Below are positions 55,954 to 64,000 of a DNA stretch of 64,000 nt, one piece after another. Below the pieces are notes generated by a model. The model made no database searches, was not told the origin of the DNA, and saw nothing but the letters and a program-made list of their open reading frames with translations. The DNA comes from Alphaproteobacteria bacterium (lineage in GTDB: Bacteria; Pseudomonadota; Alphaproteobacteria; Rickettsiales; JABSSG01): the NCBI GenBank assembly GCA_030431375.1, contig JAUIIY010000002.1, forward strand, positions 143,910 through 207,909, read 5' to 3'. The stretch's first letter is position 1, and every line of letters starts with the position of its first letter. Both the position numbers and the translations under genes were made by a program.

Positions 55954-56653
55954 GAGAATTGCAGATCTTGGTTATTGTTCTCGTAGAGAAGCTGATGAGT
56001 TGATTAAAGATGCCAAAGTTAAAGTAAATGGCTCAGTGGTTACTGAATTAGGAACTAAAGTTGCAGAAAAAGATAAAATAGAAATTGTTGATCGGCATGT
56101 TAAAACTGATCAAGCCGCTAGAGCTTGGATCTATTATAAACCTGTTGGGCAGCTGGTTTCAAATAAGGATTCTTTTGGAAGGCCTTTAATATTTGATTTT
56201 TTGCCTAAGCACATGCCAAGAGTTATGTCTGTAGGAAGACTTGACTTTAACAGTGAAGGTTTGTTAATACTGACGAACAAATCTGATATTGCTCGTAAGC
56301 TAGAGTCTCCAGGAAACAATTTTGAAAGAATATATAAAATCAGAGTATTTGGTCGCGTTGATAAAGCGAAATTAGATGCACTCCAGGCTGGAATAATTAT
56401 AGAAAATGTCCAGTATAAGAAAAATAAGATTCATGTTCTTAGAGAGGGACAGCATAATACATGGATCCAGATTTCGTTGTTTGAAGGAAAAAACCGTGAA
56501 ATCCGGAAATTAATGGAGCATGTTGGTTTAAAAGTAAATAGGTTGATAAGGCTGCAATATGGTCCTATAAAATTAGGAAATCTTGCTCCTGGGGAGATAA
56601 GGGAAATCAAAAAGGAAGAATTGAATTTTGTATATGAAGATCATATCAGGTAG
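55940..56653 (+). CDS. rRNA pseudouridine synthase (RsuA/RluB/RluE/RluF family)
   Basis: S4 domain MRLNKRIADLGYCSRREADELI and catalytic Asp in VGRLDFNSEGLLILTN. I prefer the ATG at 55940 to the track's GTG at 55928. Confidence 0.88.
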   Translation: MRLNKRIADLGYCSRREADELIKDAKVKVNGSVVTELGTKVAEKDKIEIVDRHVKTDQAARAWIYYKPVGQLVSNKDSFGRPLIFDFLPKHMPRVMSVGRLDFNSEGLLILTNKSDIARKLESPGNNFERIYKIRVFGRVDKAKLDALQAGIIIENVQYKKNKIHVLREGQHNTWIQISLFEGKNREIRKLMEHVGLKVNRLIRLQYGPIKLGNLAPGEIREIKKEELNFVYEDHIR

Positions 56654-57209
56654 GCTAAAGGGCCATAAAATTTTAACAAAAAGCAATATGGATTATAGGC
56701 CTACAAAAGCGCATGTAAAAGAGGCTATCTTTAGTATTTTGCAAAGCGGCAATTCTCTTGGTGAAGAAAGAAGAGACTTTATACGAAAAGCTAAAGTTCT
56801 TGATGTATTTGCAGGTACAGGGGCTCTTGGATTTGAGTCCATATCTCGAGGTGCAGAATCATTGAGTTTTGTTGAAATCAACCCTGAAAATATTAAGCTC
56901 CTAGAGCAAAATATCAGAAAATTATCCCTTTTGAACGTGGTTAATATCATCAGAGGGGATTCTACGAAATTACCAAAAGCTGATAAAAAACATGATCTGA
57001 TTTTTTTAGATCCTCCTTTTCATAAAGACTTCGTCGAACCAACTATTGACTCTTTAGGAAAAGGCGGATGGATAGCTTCAGGGGCATGTATAGTAATAGA
57101 AACGGAAAAGTCAGAAAAATATGAGATATCAGAAAAATTCTCCTTATTTGTTGAAAGAATTTATGGTTGTGCAAGGTTAAGAATATACAGATATGAACAT
57201 AACGAATAA
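56634..57209 (+). CDS. rsmD: 16S rRNA (guanine966-N2)-methyltransferase RsmD
   Basis: MKIISGRLKGHKIL.., SAM motif DVFAGTGALGFESISRGA, and DPPF. The ATG at 56634 lies inside the track ORF, which starts with TTG at 56628. Confidence 0.88.
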   Translation: MKIISGRLKGHKILTKSNMDYRPTKAHVKEAIFSILQSGNSLGEERRDFIRKAKVLDVFAGTGALGFESISRGAESLSFVEINPENIKLLEQNIRKLSLLNVVNIIRGDSTKLPKADKKHDLIFLDPPFHKDFVEPTIDSLGKGGWIASGACIVIETEKSEKYEISEKFSLFVERIYGCARLRIYRYEHNE

Positions 57210-58560
57210 GAATCAAACTTTATCCCAAGGAGACGTGAATGGTACAAAGAGGTGGTTGTTAATAGCTGTGTTGTCATTGGCTATATCTGGTATATATTCG
57301 ATAATAGTAGCCCTTTTAAGGGTGCCGCAGATTCATAAGATAATGCCTTATGATGAATCATTTAAAGTTTCTCTAATCATCCATGTTGATCTTTCAGTTA
57401 TTATCTGGTTTCTATCTATTCACCTATATTTCCTCTCAAAAAGTTTGTCTATCAAATTTCAATATATCACAGGACAATTCTTCTGGATCGCGTTGGCTTC
57501 AATCATATTAATTTCGATCTCTCCATTTCTTGCTGAGGGCAAGCCATATTTAAATAATTATGTGCCTATCCTGCATAATATTATTTTCATTGTTGGTTTA
57601 GCTATTTTCCTTTCTACATATTTTGCGATGGTTATCTTGTTTTTGATTGATTTTTTTACAAGAAAAAGGCGTTTAAACGCTTATATTGATGCTTTTCTGT
57701 TAACAAGTGCTCTTACAGCAATCATTATGTTTTTTGTTACTTATGTGTCCTATAAGCAGCTGATGGAGTTACATGCTCTTTGGGAAGGAGATTATTTCTT
57801 CTTTTTTGAGTATCTCTTCTGGGGCGGGGGGCACGTTTTGCAATTTGTGTATATTGCACTTGGACAATTTGTGTGGATTTACTTCTTCACTAAGATGTTC
57901 CCAAAGGTGAGTGAAAAAGATGGCTGGCTATCATCTGTTTTTATAATAAATTTTTTATGCGTAGTACCTGCGATATATTTTTCAATAGCGTTTAATGTTT
58001 CCAGTAATTCTTATATAGAATTTTATACGTTTCACATGAAACATTTTGGTGGTTTGAGTTCATTGATTTTGGCGGCTATCTTGATTTTCTGTGCGGTAAA
58101 ATTTGATAAATCTAAAACAAGAAATTTGGATCATTATTTCTTCTGTTCTGCGGTTATGTTTGTTTTTGGAGGTGGGCTAGGTTTTGTGATTAACGAATCA
58201 AGCACTATCATTCCTGCGCATTATCATGGATCAATAGTTGCCATTACAATTGCCATAATGGGTTATATATATGAACAGCTAAAAGAGTCGGACTTAAAAG
58301 ATAAGTTTAACAAAATTTCTCTATATCAAATTTATATCTATTTTTTCGGACAATTTTTACATATTGCAGGGCTAGCATTTTCTGGTGGATATGGTGCCTT
58401 ACGAAAAACCCCAGGTGGAGTATATACAGCAAAAGCAAAATTTTTCCTTGGGTTAATAGGTGCAGGAGGACTGTTTGCGATGATTGGTGGTTTGATTTTT
58501 GTATATATATCAATACGATATTTTATGCTTAGAAAAGGGCAGAACAATTATATTGCATAA
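57193..58560 (+). CDS. Polytopic membrane protein resembling heme-copper oxidase subunit I (divergent, orphan)
   Basis: 455 aa with about 12 TM helices. LFWGGGHVLQFVYI resembles helix VI LFWFFGHPEVYI, and PAHYHGS resembles helix X AHFHY. The helix VII HH pair appears replaced by FHMKHF. No subunit II/III genes are nearby. Confidence 0.45.
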   Translation: MNITNKNQTLSQGDVNGTKRWLLIAVLSLAISGIYSIIVALLRVPQIHKIMPYDESFKVSLIIHVDLSVIIWFLSIHLYFLSKSLSIKFQYITGQFFWIALASIILISISPFLAEGKPYLNNYVPILHNIIFIVGLAIFLSTYFAMVILFLIDFFTRKRRLNAYIDAFLLTSALTAIIMFFVTYVSYKQLMELHALWEGDYFFFFEYLFWGGGHVLQFVYIALGQFVWIYFFTKMFPKVSEKDGWLSSVFIINFLCVVPAIYFSIAFNVSSNSYIEFYTFHMKHFGGLSSLILAAILIFCAVKFDKSKTRNLDHYFFCSAVMFVFGGGLGFVINESSTIIPAHYHGSIVAITIAIMGYIYEQLKESDLKDKFNKISLYQIYIYFFGQFLHIAGLAFSGGYGALRKTPGGVYTAKAKFFLGLIGAGGLFAMIGGLIFVYISIRYFMLRKGQNNYIA

Positions 58561-58610
58561 TTTTAATATTAGTTTTATACAGGTAGCTCTACAATTAATA
58601 TCTTAATTTT

Positions 58611-59609
58611 ATGTCCGTAAATATAGCAGTTGTGGGCGCAACAGGGAATGTTGGTAGCCAAATCTTAAAAATATTACATGAAAGAAATTTTCCCGTAGGA
58701 AAGATATATGCTTTGGCGTCTAGTAAGTCTATTGGTAAAGAAATGAGTTTTGGCGATAAAATAATTAAAACTGAACTATTGGATGATTTTGATTTTGCTA
58801 AAGTTGATTTAGTTTTATCTTCGCCTGGGGCAAAAGTTAGTGCAGAATTTGCTCCAAGAGCTGTTAAAGCTGGGGCTGTCGTAATAGATAACACTTCATT
58901 CTTTAGAGACGATAATGATATACCATTGGTAGTGCCGGAGGTGAATTCTAGCGATATTGCAAATTATAAAAATAAAAATATCATTGCCAATCCTAATTGT
59001 GCAGCGATCCAATTGGCTGTTGCCTTGAACCCAATTCATGAGCTGTTTGGTGTGAAGAAAGTGGTAGTATCAACATATCAATCGGTCTCTGGTGCTGGAA
59101 AAAAAGCGATGGATGAGCTTTATCATCAAACAAAAGGTATGTATTCATACCAAAAAGTAAAACCTGAGAATTTTGCTAAACAAATAGCTTTTAATCCTTT
59201 ACCTCAGATCGATAAATTTATGACGGATGGTTATACGGGAGAAGAGGATAAAATTCGCAAAGAAATAAAAAAGATTGTGGATGCATCGATTGAAGTAGTG
59301 CCAACATGTGTTAGAGTTCCTGCATTCATCGGTCACGCAGAGTCAGTTTACGTCGAGTGCGAGGATTCAGTAGATCTAGAAAAGCTGATTAAAGAATATT
59401 CAAAACGAGACGGAATAGTCTTTTCAAACAATGATTACGCTACACAAGTTGAGGTTGCCGGCAAAGATGAGGTTTATATATCTAGATTAAGAGCAGTAGA
59501 GGGTGATTCCAAGGCCCTTTTATTCTGGGTAGTTGCTGATAACTTAAGAAAAGGTGCGGCACTAAATGCTGTCCAGATAGCAGAAGAATTAGTAAAGAAT
59601 TACTTTTGA
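58611..59609 (+). CDS. asd: Aspartate-semialdehyde dehydrogenase
   Basis: 332 aa. Motifs VGATGNVG, active-site Cys in ANPNCAAIQL, and VRVPAFIGHAESV. Confidence 0.94.
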   Translation: MSVNIAVVGATGNVGSQILKILHERNFPVGKIYALASSKSIGKEMSFGDKIIKTELLDDFDFAKVDLVLSSPGAKVSAEFAPRAVKAGAVVIDNTSFFRDDNDIPLVVPEVNSSDIANYKNKNIIANPNCAAIQLAVALNPIHELFGVKKVVVSTYQSVSGAGKKAMDELYHQTKGMYSYQKVKPENFAKQIAFNPLPQIDKFMTDGYTGEEDKIRKEIKKIVDASIEVVPTCVRVPAFIGHAESVYVECEDSVDLEKLIKEYSKRDGIVFSNNDYATQVEVAGKDEVYISRLRAVEGDSKALLFWVVADNLRKGAALNAVQIAEELVKNYF

Positions 59610-60520
59610 TTATCAGAAAATCTTTGAATTTTTGGTCGTAAATTTGTAGAGGTGAAATTAAGGTTCGATTTTTGCCCGGTATATTTGTAATTTGTAACAT
59701 AAATAACAGCAGAGGGTGAAATTAACCCCATCAATCCTTCTTTAGGTTTTTTATACCAATTCACTCCTAGCGTATGCAGGTCTTGCATTGTAGGTATAGG
59801 ATTTACACATGGCTTACATTCATAGATTGGCCATGAATAAATAAGGGAAAGATTTTTATTTTGTTTCTTGCCATTCTTTACTTGCCCGGATTTGGTAATA
59901 AATATTAAATCTGAATTTTTTTCTACATCCAACAATTCAAATTTATTGCCTTTTTCCTCCAGGGTTACTTGCACTGGTTCCAGAGAATTAATTTCTTGCT
60001 TAGTTTGTGCTACAGCTAACAGAAATTGTTGTGAATTATCATAGAGGCTTTTTAAATCGTTGCAGAAATCTGAATCAACCTTGTTTTTCTGAAGAAACTC
60101 TATAGTTGAGTTCCGGTCTAATATCAAAGTTTCCACATGTGCAAAACTTAAACTATTAGGCAAATGATGTCCGACAGCCTCAAAGTCAGAAATTTCTTGG
60201 TATGATGAGTTAGGATTTCTTTCTTTGATGATCTCTTTTCTTGAGGAGCTGTACGAATATATGTCTTTGATTGGTTGAGGATTGATTGTACGGCTTTGTA
60301 TTATTTTATATTCATTTTTTATGGGGGTAAGCCAAATGATTGATCCTTTGCTATTTTGAAAAATAGGTAGGAAAGTTATTGTTGTGTCCTTGTCTGCTGA
60401 GGCTACTATGACCACATTTTGTTTGGTAGAAGCTTTTTTGCCATTTATTAAAAGCTCGGAAGCTAATGCGTTCTTGCCTACAAAACAGAGTAAAAATAAA
60501 AAATAGAGCGCTCTGAACAT
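59600..60520 (-). CDS. Hypothetical secreted protein
   Basis: 306 aa. Sec signal peptide MFRALYFLFLLCFVGKNALA/SE. No recognisable domain. The 3' end overlaps the asd 3' end by 10 nt. Confidence 0.55.
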   Translation of the reverse strand: MFRALYFLFLLCFVGKNALASELLINGKKASTKQNVVIVASADKDTTITFLPIFQNSKGSIIWLTPIKNEYKIIQSRTINPQPIKDIYSYSSSRKEIIKERNPNSSYQEISDFEAVGHHLPNSLSFAHVETLILDRNSTIEFLQKNKVDSDFCNDLKSLYDNSQQFLLAVAQTKQEINSLEPVQVTLEEKGNKFELLDVEKNSDLIFITKSGQVKNGKKQNKNLSLIYSWPIYECKPCVNPIPTMQDLHTLGVNWYKKPKEGLMGLISPSAVIYVTNYKYTGQKSNLNFTSTNLRPKIQRFSDNQK

Positions 60521-60562
60521 TTTTATTTTTACTTTAGCATGGGAAGGTTAAAGAAGTGTTAC

Positions 60563-60639
60563 TGGTGCACTCGAGACGATTCGAACGTCCGACCTTTGCC
60601 TTCGGAGGGCAACGCTCTATCCAGCTGAGCTACGAGTGC
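60563..60639 (-). tRNA. tRNA-Arg (anticodon CCG), CCA encoded
   Basis: The reverse complement is GCACTCGTAGCTCAGCTGGATAGAGCGTTGCCCTCCGAAGGCAAAGGTCGGACGTTCGAATCGTCTCGAGTGCACCA. It has a perfect 7-bp acceptor stem, anticodon loop CTCCGAA, and T-loop TTCGAAT. Confidence 0.96.
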
Positions 60640-60645
60640 ATGAGA

Positions 60646-61119
60646 TTATTTATATTCAATTGCAACTATTTCGTATTCTTTTATGCCACTCGGAATATTT
60701 ACTTCTGCGAATTCACCTTTCTTCTTTCCGATCATAGCTTTTGCTATAGGAGACACTATTGAAATTAGTCCTTTATCGAGGTCAGCCTCATATTCTCCAA
60801 CTATCTGATATGAAGATTCTTTGTCAGTATCACAATCTATGACTGTTATTGTTGCACCAAATTTCACTGTATCTCCAGATAATTTGGCAACATCAATCAC
60901 ATCAGCTAGTGATATTCTGCCTTCAAGCTCTTGAATTTTTCCTTCGATGAAACTCTGACGTTCGCGTGCAGCTTGATAATCAGCATTTTCAGATAAATCA
61001 CCTTGCTCTCTTGCATCGGCAATAGCTGTGATTATAGCAGGCCGTTCAACCGTTTTGAGGTGCTTTAATTCCTCAATAATTTTCTCATACCCTTCTCTTG
61101 TAATAGGAAACTTTTGCAT
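60646..61119 (-). CDS. greA: Transcription elongation factor GreA
   Basis: 157 aa. N-terminus MQKFPITREGYEKIIEELKHLK, REQGDLSENADYQAARERQ, and the C-terminal FKBP-like domain. Confidence 0.96.
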   Translation of the reverse strand: MQKFPITREGYEKIIEELKHLKTVERPAIITAIADAREQGDLSENADYQAARERQSFIEGKIQELEGRISLADVIDVAKLSGDTVKFGATITVIDCDTDKESSYQIVGEYEADLDKGLISIVSPIAKAMIGKKKGEFAEVNIPSGIKEYEIVAIEYK

Positions 61120-61235
61120 TTTTTACTCTTTGACGCTAAATTAATTGTTTAGATTGTATGAACTTACAGATATTTATAACTTTATAGCAAAAACACGTAT
61201 AATAATCAAAGATATTCTTATTCTGACCACGATAT

Positions 61236-63002
61236 ATGCAGATTAGCAGCCATTTTATAAAACAATTGAGGGATCGTTTAAAGATTTCTGAAGTGATCTC
61301 CAAAAAGGTCAAACTTATCCCAAAGGGCAAAGAGTTTTTGGGTTTATGTCCATTTCACCAAGAAAAAACCCCATCTTTTACGGTGAATGACCAAAAGTCA
61401 TTTTACCACTGTTTTGGATGTGGGGCGCATGGCGATCTTATAGGTTTTGTGATGGAATATTACAAAATGCAATTTCATGAAGCTGTAGAAATCGTGGCAA
61501 AAGAGGCGGGGATACCAGTACCTAAAGATCATTTGATAGCTGATGATCAGATAAAAAGAGAAAAAAAATTATTAAATATATTAGAGGAGGTTGTTGCTTA
61601 TTACCAAAAACAACTTAAACAGAATTTCCAAATATCTAGATATCTAACCGAAAGAGGCTTGTCAGCAGCAATTATTGATAAATTTCGTCTGGGTTTCGCT
61701 AAGCCTGGTGTTGAGATAGTGGAGCAATTATCCAAAAAATATTCAAAAAATGAACTCGAATCTTCAGGGGCATTTAAAATATATAATAATAAAGTTGTGC
61801 AATTACTTTCAGGAAGAATTATCTTTCCTATCTTTAACCCGCAAGGATCTGTGATAGCTCTAGGGGGGCGCTCTGTCGATGGTAAGCAGCCTAAATATCT
61901 GAATTCACCTGAAACACCGATTTTTAAGAAAAGATCATCCATATATGCTTTGAATTTTGCAAAAAACGAATCTTATAAAACAGGAGAAATTATTGTAACT
62001 GAAGGTTATATGGATGTGATTGCATTGCATAATGCAGGGATTGGTAGTGCGGTAGCTACTTTGGGAACTGCGGTAAGTGCAGATCATCTAAAGATGCTAT
62101 GGAAAATTGTTGATGACCCAATTTTTTCTATGGATGGTGACTTGGCAGGTCGTAAATCTGCTATAAGAGTTTCCGAAATAGCCTTGCAGAATTTAACTGT
62201 CGGAAAAACGGCAAGCTTTGTTACTTTACCTGACGGAATGGATCCTGATGATATTTTAAAACAAGGTGGAAGAGAGTCATATAAAAAATGCTTGGAAGAT
62301 AGGCTTCCGCTCTCTGAATTTGTTTGGCGAAACAAAATAAAGGGCTTAAAACAGCCATTATCTCCTGAGAAGAAGGCTTTTTTTGAATCTGAAATACAAA
62401 AAATTACTGATTCCATATCTGATAATGTTGTTCGCAAAACCTATAAGGAGTTTTTCAGAGAGAAATTATGGTCTCTGACAAGTTATAAAAATTCTAATAA
62501 TATTAGATCTGCAAATAATCTCGCACTTAAATTTAAAGGATTACCGTTAGTTGCAAGATATGAATTATTGCTAATTCTAATGGTGAAGGAATATCCAGAG
62601 CTTCTTAGAGACGACAATATAGTAAAATTTTTGGAAGATTATTCTTCGAAAGAGATAATGCTAGAGCCAATATTTACAAAATTATATGATTTAGCTGTAA
62701 AGTCTAGTGAAATTGACGACAATATAATTATTGAAAAGTTGCAAGAAGAAGTAAAAAGTAATAATATCAGTCACTTATTAAAAGAAACTTCATACTTCCT
62801 TGAAAAAATTGATATAAAAAGCTATATAGACTGTAATAAAAAATGGTTTTTAGTTGTGCAATTTATACATTTGGAGTCATTGAAATTAGAATATCGTAAT
62901 TTACTTAAGGTTATGAAAGATGATTCGTACGTGAAAGCAATGAACATAAAAGATAAAATTTCCGAGCTAGAAGCGCAAATCAAAACTAAGCATATTTTAT
63001 AA
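61236..63002 (+). CDS. dnaG: DNA primase
   Basis: 588 aa. Zinc finger CPFHQEKTPSFTVNDQKSFYHCFGCGAHGD, and TOPRIM motifs VTEGYMDVIAL and DGDLAGRKSA. Confidence 0.96.
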   Translation: MQISSHFIKQLRDRLKISEVISKKVKLIPKGKEFLGLCPFHQEKTPSFTVNDQKSFYHCFGCGAHGDLIGFVMEYYKMQFHEAVEIVAKEAGIPVPKDHLIADDQIKREKKLLNILEEVVAYYQKQLKQNFQISRYLTERGLSAAIIDKFRLGFAKPGVEIVEQLSKKYSKNELESSGAFKIYNNKVVQLLSGRIIFPIFNPQGSVIALGGRSVDGKQPKYLNSPETPIFKKRSSIYALNFAKNESYKTGEIIVTEGYMDVIALHNAGIGSAVATLGTAVSADHLKMLWKIVDDPIFSMDGDLAGRKSAIRVSEIALQNLTVGKTASFVTLPDGMDPDDILKQGGRESYKKCLEDRLPLSEFVWRNKIKGLKQPLSPEKKAFFESEIQKITDSISDNVVRKTYKEFFREKLWSLTSYKNSNNIRSANNLALKFKGLPLVARYELLLILMVKEYPELLRDDNIVKFLEDYSSKEIMLEPIFTKLYDLAVKSSEIDDNIIIEKLQEEVKSNNISHLLKETSYFLEKIDIKSYIDCNKKWFLVVQFIHLESLKLEYRNLLKVMKDDSYVKAMNIKDKISELEAQIKTKHIL

Positions 63003-63012
63003 AGGTCTATAA

Positions 63013-64000
63013 ATGTCAGAAAAAGATAGTGATAATGCAACAGGATTCTCTCAAGCTGAGACTAAGGCGATAAAGGAATTGTTGAATAAAATATTAATAG
63101 ATACTTCTAAAAAAGGTCTAATTACAGTAGATGAGTTAAATAAATATCTGCCAAAAAAATTAGCTAAACCGGAAGTTATTGAACATATCTTTGCTTTCCT
63201 AAAGGAAAAGAATATTACAGTTATCGAATTTAGCGAAGAGAGCGAATCAGAGGAAGATGTTCTATCTGTAGAAGATGATGACGTAGAATATGAGTATAGT
63301 GAAGAAGAAAATATAAGTGTTGCTAATGCCACAGATGATCCGGTCAGGATGTATCTTAAAGATATGGGTGGGGTAAATCTTTTATCTCGGAAAGGCGAGG
63401 TAGATATAGCAAAAAGAATCGAGTCAGGCAAAGAAAGTATGCTCCATTCTGTTTGTCAAATGCCTTTGGTTATGAAGAGGTTGATTGGATGGTATGAGGA
63501 TCTGATAAATGAAAAAATCTTGTTAAGAGAGATTATTGACTTAGATGCCTACGCTGGGAATGACGGGATTAGCAATAACTCATATGGTGAAGATGGAGGC
63601 GATTCTGAAGGAGATAGTGATGATATAGATGAAGCTGATGAAGATTCAGATGATGACTCCTATGATTCTTCCGATGAGGAGGAAGCAGAAGAATCAAGTA
63701 TGTCAATTGTGAACCTTGAAGAAACTCTTCTGCCTACTGTATTAGATCATTTTGAAGATTTAACAAAAATTATTCATAAATTGAGTAAGTTAAGAGAAAA
63801 AAATAAAACAGACTCCAAAGAGTATCAGGAAGCACAACAGAAATTTATTGATTCAGTTAAAGAAATGCACTTTAACGACAAAACAATCGAATTCTTGGTG
63901 GATGTTTTATACGGCTTGAATAAGAGGGTTATTAGCTATGAAGCTAAATTATTAAGGAATGCTGTAAATGCTGGTGTTGATAGAATTGAATTTCTAAAAT
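63013..64000 (+). CDS. rpoD: RNA polymerase sigma factor RpoD, N-terminal part (3' end outside window)
   Basis: The ATG at 63013 opens a frame that runs to the window end (MSEKDSDNATGFSQAETKAIKELL..). It contains DDPVRMYLKDMGGVNLLSRKGEVDIAKRIE (regions 1.2/2 entry) and an acidic non-conserved insert. It is not in the ORF track because no stop is reached. Confidence 0.93.
   Translation, partial: MSEKDSDNATGFSQAETKAIKELLNKILIDTSKKGLITVDELNKYLPKKLAKPEVIEHIFAFLKEKNITVIEFSEESESEEDVLSVEDDDVEYEYSEEENISVANATDDPVRMYLKDMGGVNLLSRKGEVDIAKRIESGKESMLHSVCQMPLVMKRLIGWYEDLINEKILLREIIDLDAYAGNDGISNNSYGEDGGDSEGDSDDIDEADEDSDDDSYDSSDEEEAEESSMSIVNLEETLLPTVLDHFEDLTKIIHKLSKLREKNKTDSKEYQEAQQKFIDSVKEMHFNDKTIEFLVDVLYGLNKRVISYEAKLLRNAVNAGVDRIEFLK

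Noticed and set aside
60556-60762. A 68-aa + strand ORF covering tRNA-Arg and the end of greA.
   Set aside because: It overlaps a canonical tRNA and the well-supported greA gene on the other strand, so it is a chance ORF.
61175-61203. A perfect TATAAT at 61198..61203 upstream of dnaG, considered as a promoter.
   Set aside because: The hexamer 17 nt upstream (TATAAC) is a poor -35 element. TATAAT-like strings are expected by chance in AT-rich spacers, so the evidence is too weak to list as a feature.

Overview
The window is an AT-rich stretch of densely packed core genome, roughly one-third G+C by eye (not computed). Gene content points to an alphaproteobacterium.

Lineage (inference only): several classical operons are split here: secD without secF, ccmAB without ccmC, pstCAB without pstS/phoU/phoR, ruvC without ruvAB, and dnaG-rpoD without rpsU. 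A tRNA-Ala(UGC) also sits away from any rRNA genes. Together these suggest a Rickettsiales- or Holosporales-like, probably host-associated lineage.

Content: I support 62 protein-coding genes and 2 tRNAs. One of the genes is a 47-aa DUF1674/SDHAF4-like gene that the ORF track misses. I recognise no rRNA, CRISPR array, transposase, integrase or phage genes.

- 1-9 kb: rho (3' part) followed by a TCA supercluster, mdh-sucCDAB-lpdA.
- 9-25 kb: the least conventional part.
  - a phytase-like lipoprotein
  - an 897-aa sodium:solute-symporter/histidine-kinase chimera
  - tRNA-Ala
  - a kinase plus glycosyltransferase plus manC glycan cluster
  - lnt and ybeY
  - several orphan membrane proteins
  - a stand-alone symporter paralog
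  - ccmAB
- 25-64 kb: housekeeping genes.
  - acnA, dnaKJ, rlmH, rsfS, bolA-grx
  - an ABC ATPase and a CckA-like hybrid kinase
  - rsmE, gshA-like, infA, yebC, ruvC, trmB
  - yajC-secD, msbA-like, pstCAB plus a phoB-like regulator
  - htpG, slt, photolyase, rsmD, asd, tRNA-Arg, greA, dnaG, rpoD

Most noteworthy observations:
- the symporter-kinase chimera, which has a second transmembrane block where PAS/STAC domains would be expected;
- a PhoB-family regulator whose predicted phospho-acceptor position is Arg;
- an orphan, divergent heme-copper-oxidase-like membrane protein;
- the hidden DUF1674 gene;
- an 11-bp-period direct repeat over the -35 region of the pst promoter;
- an RpoH-type promoter at dnaK;
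- pervasive convergent gene-end overlaps with no room for intrinsic terminators.

All homology calls come from reading motifs by eye. No database search was run.
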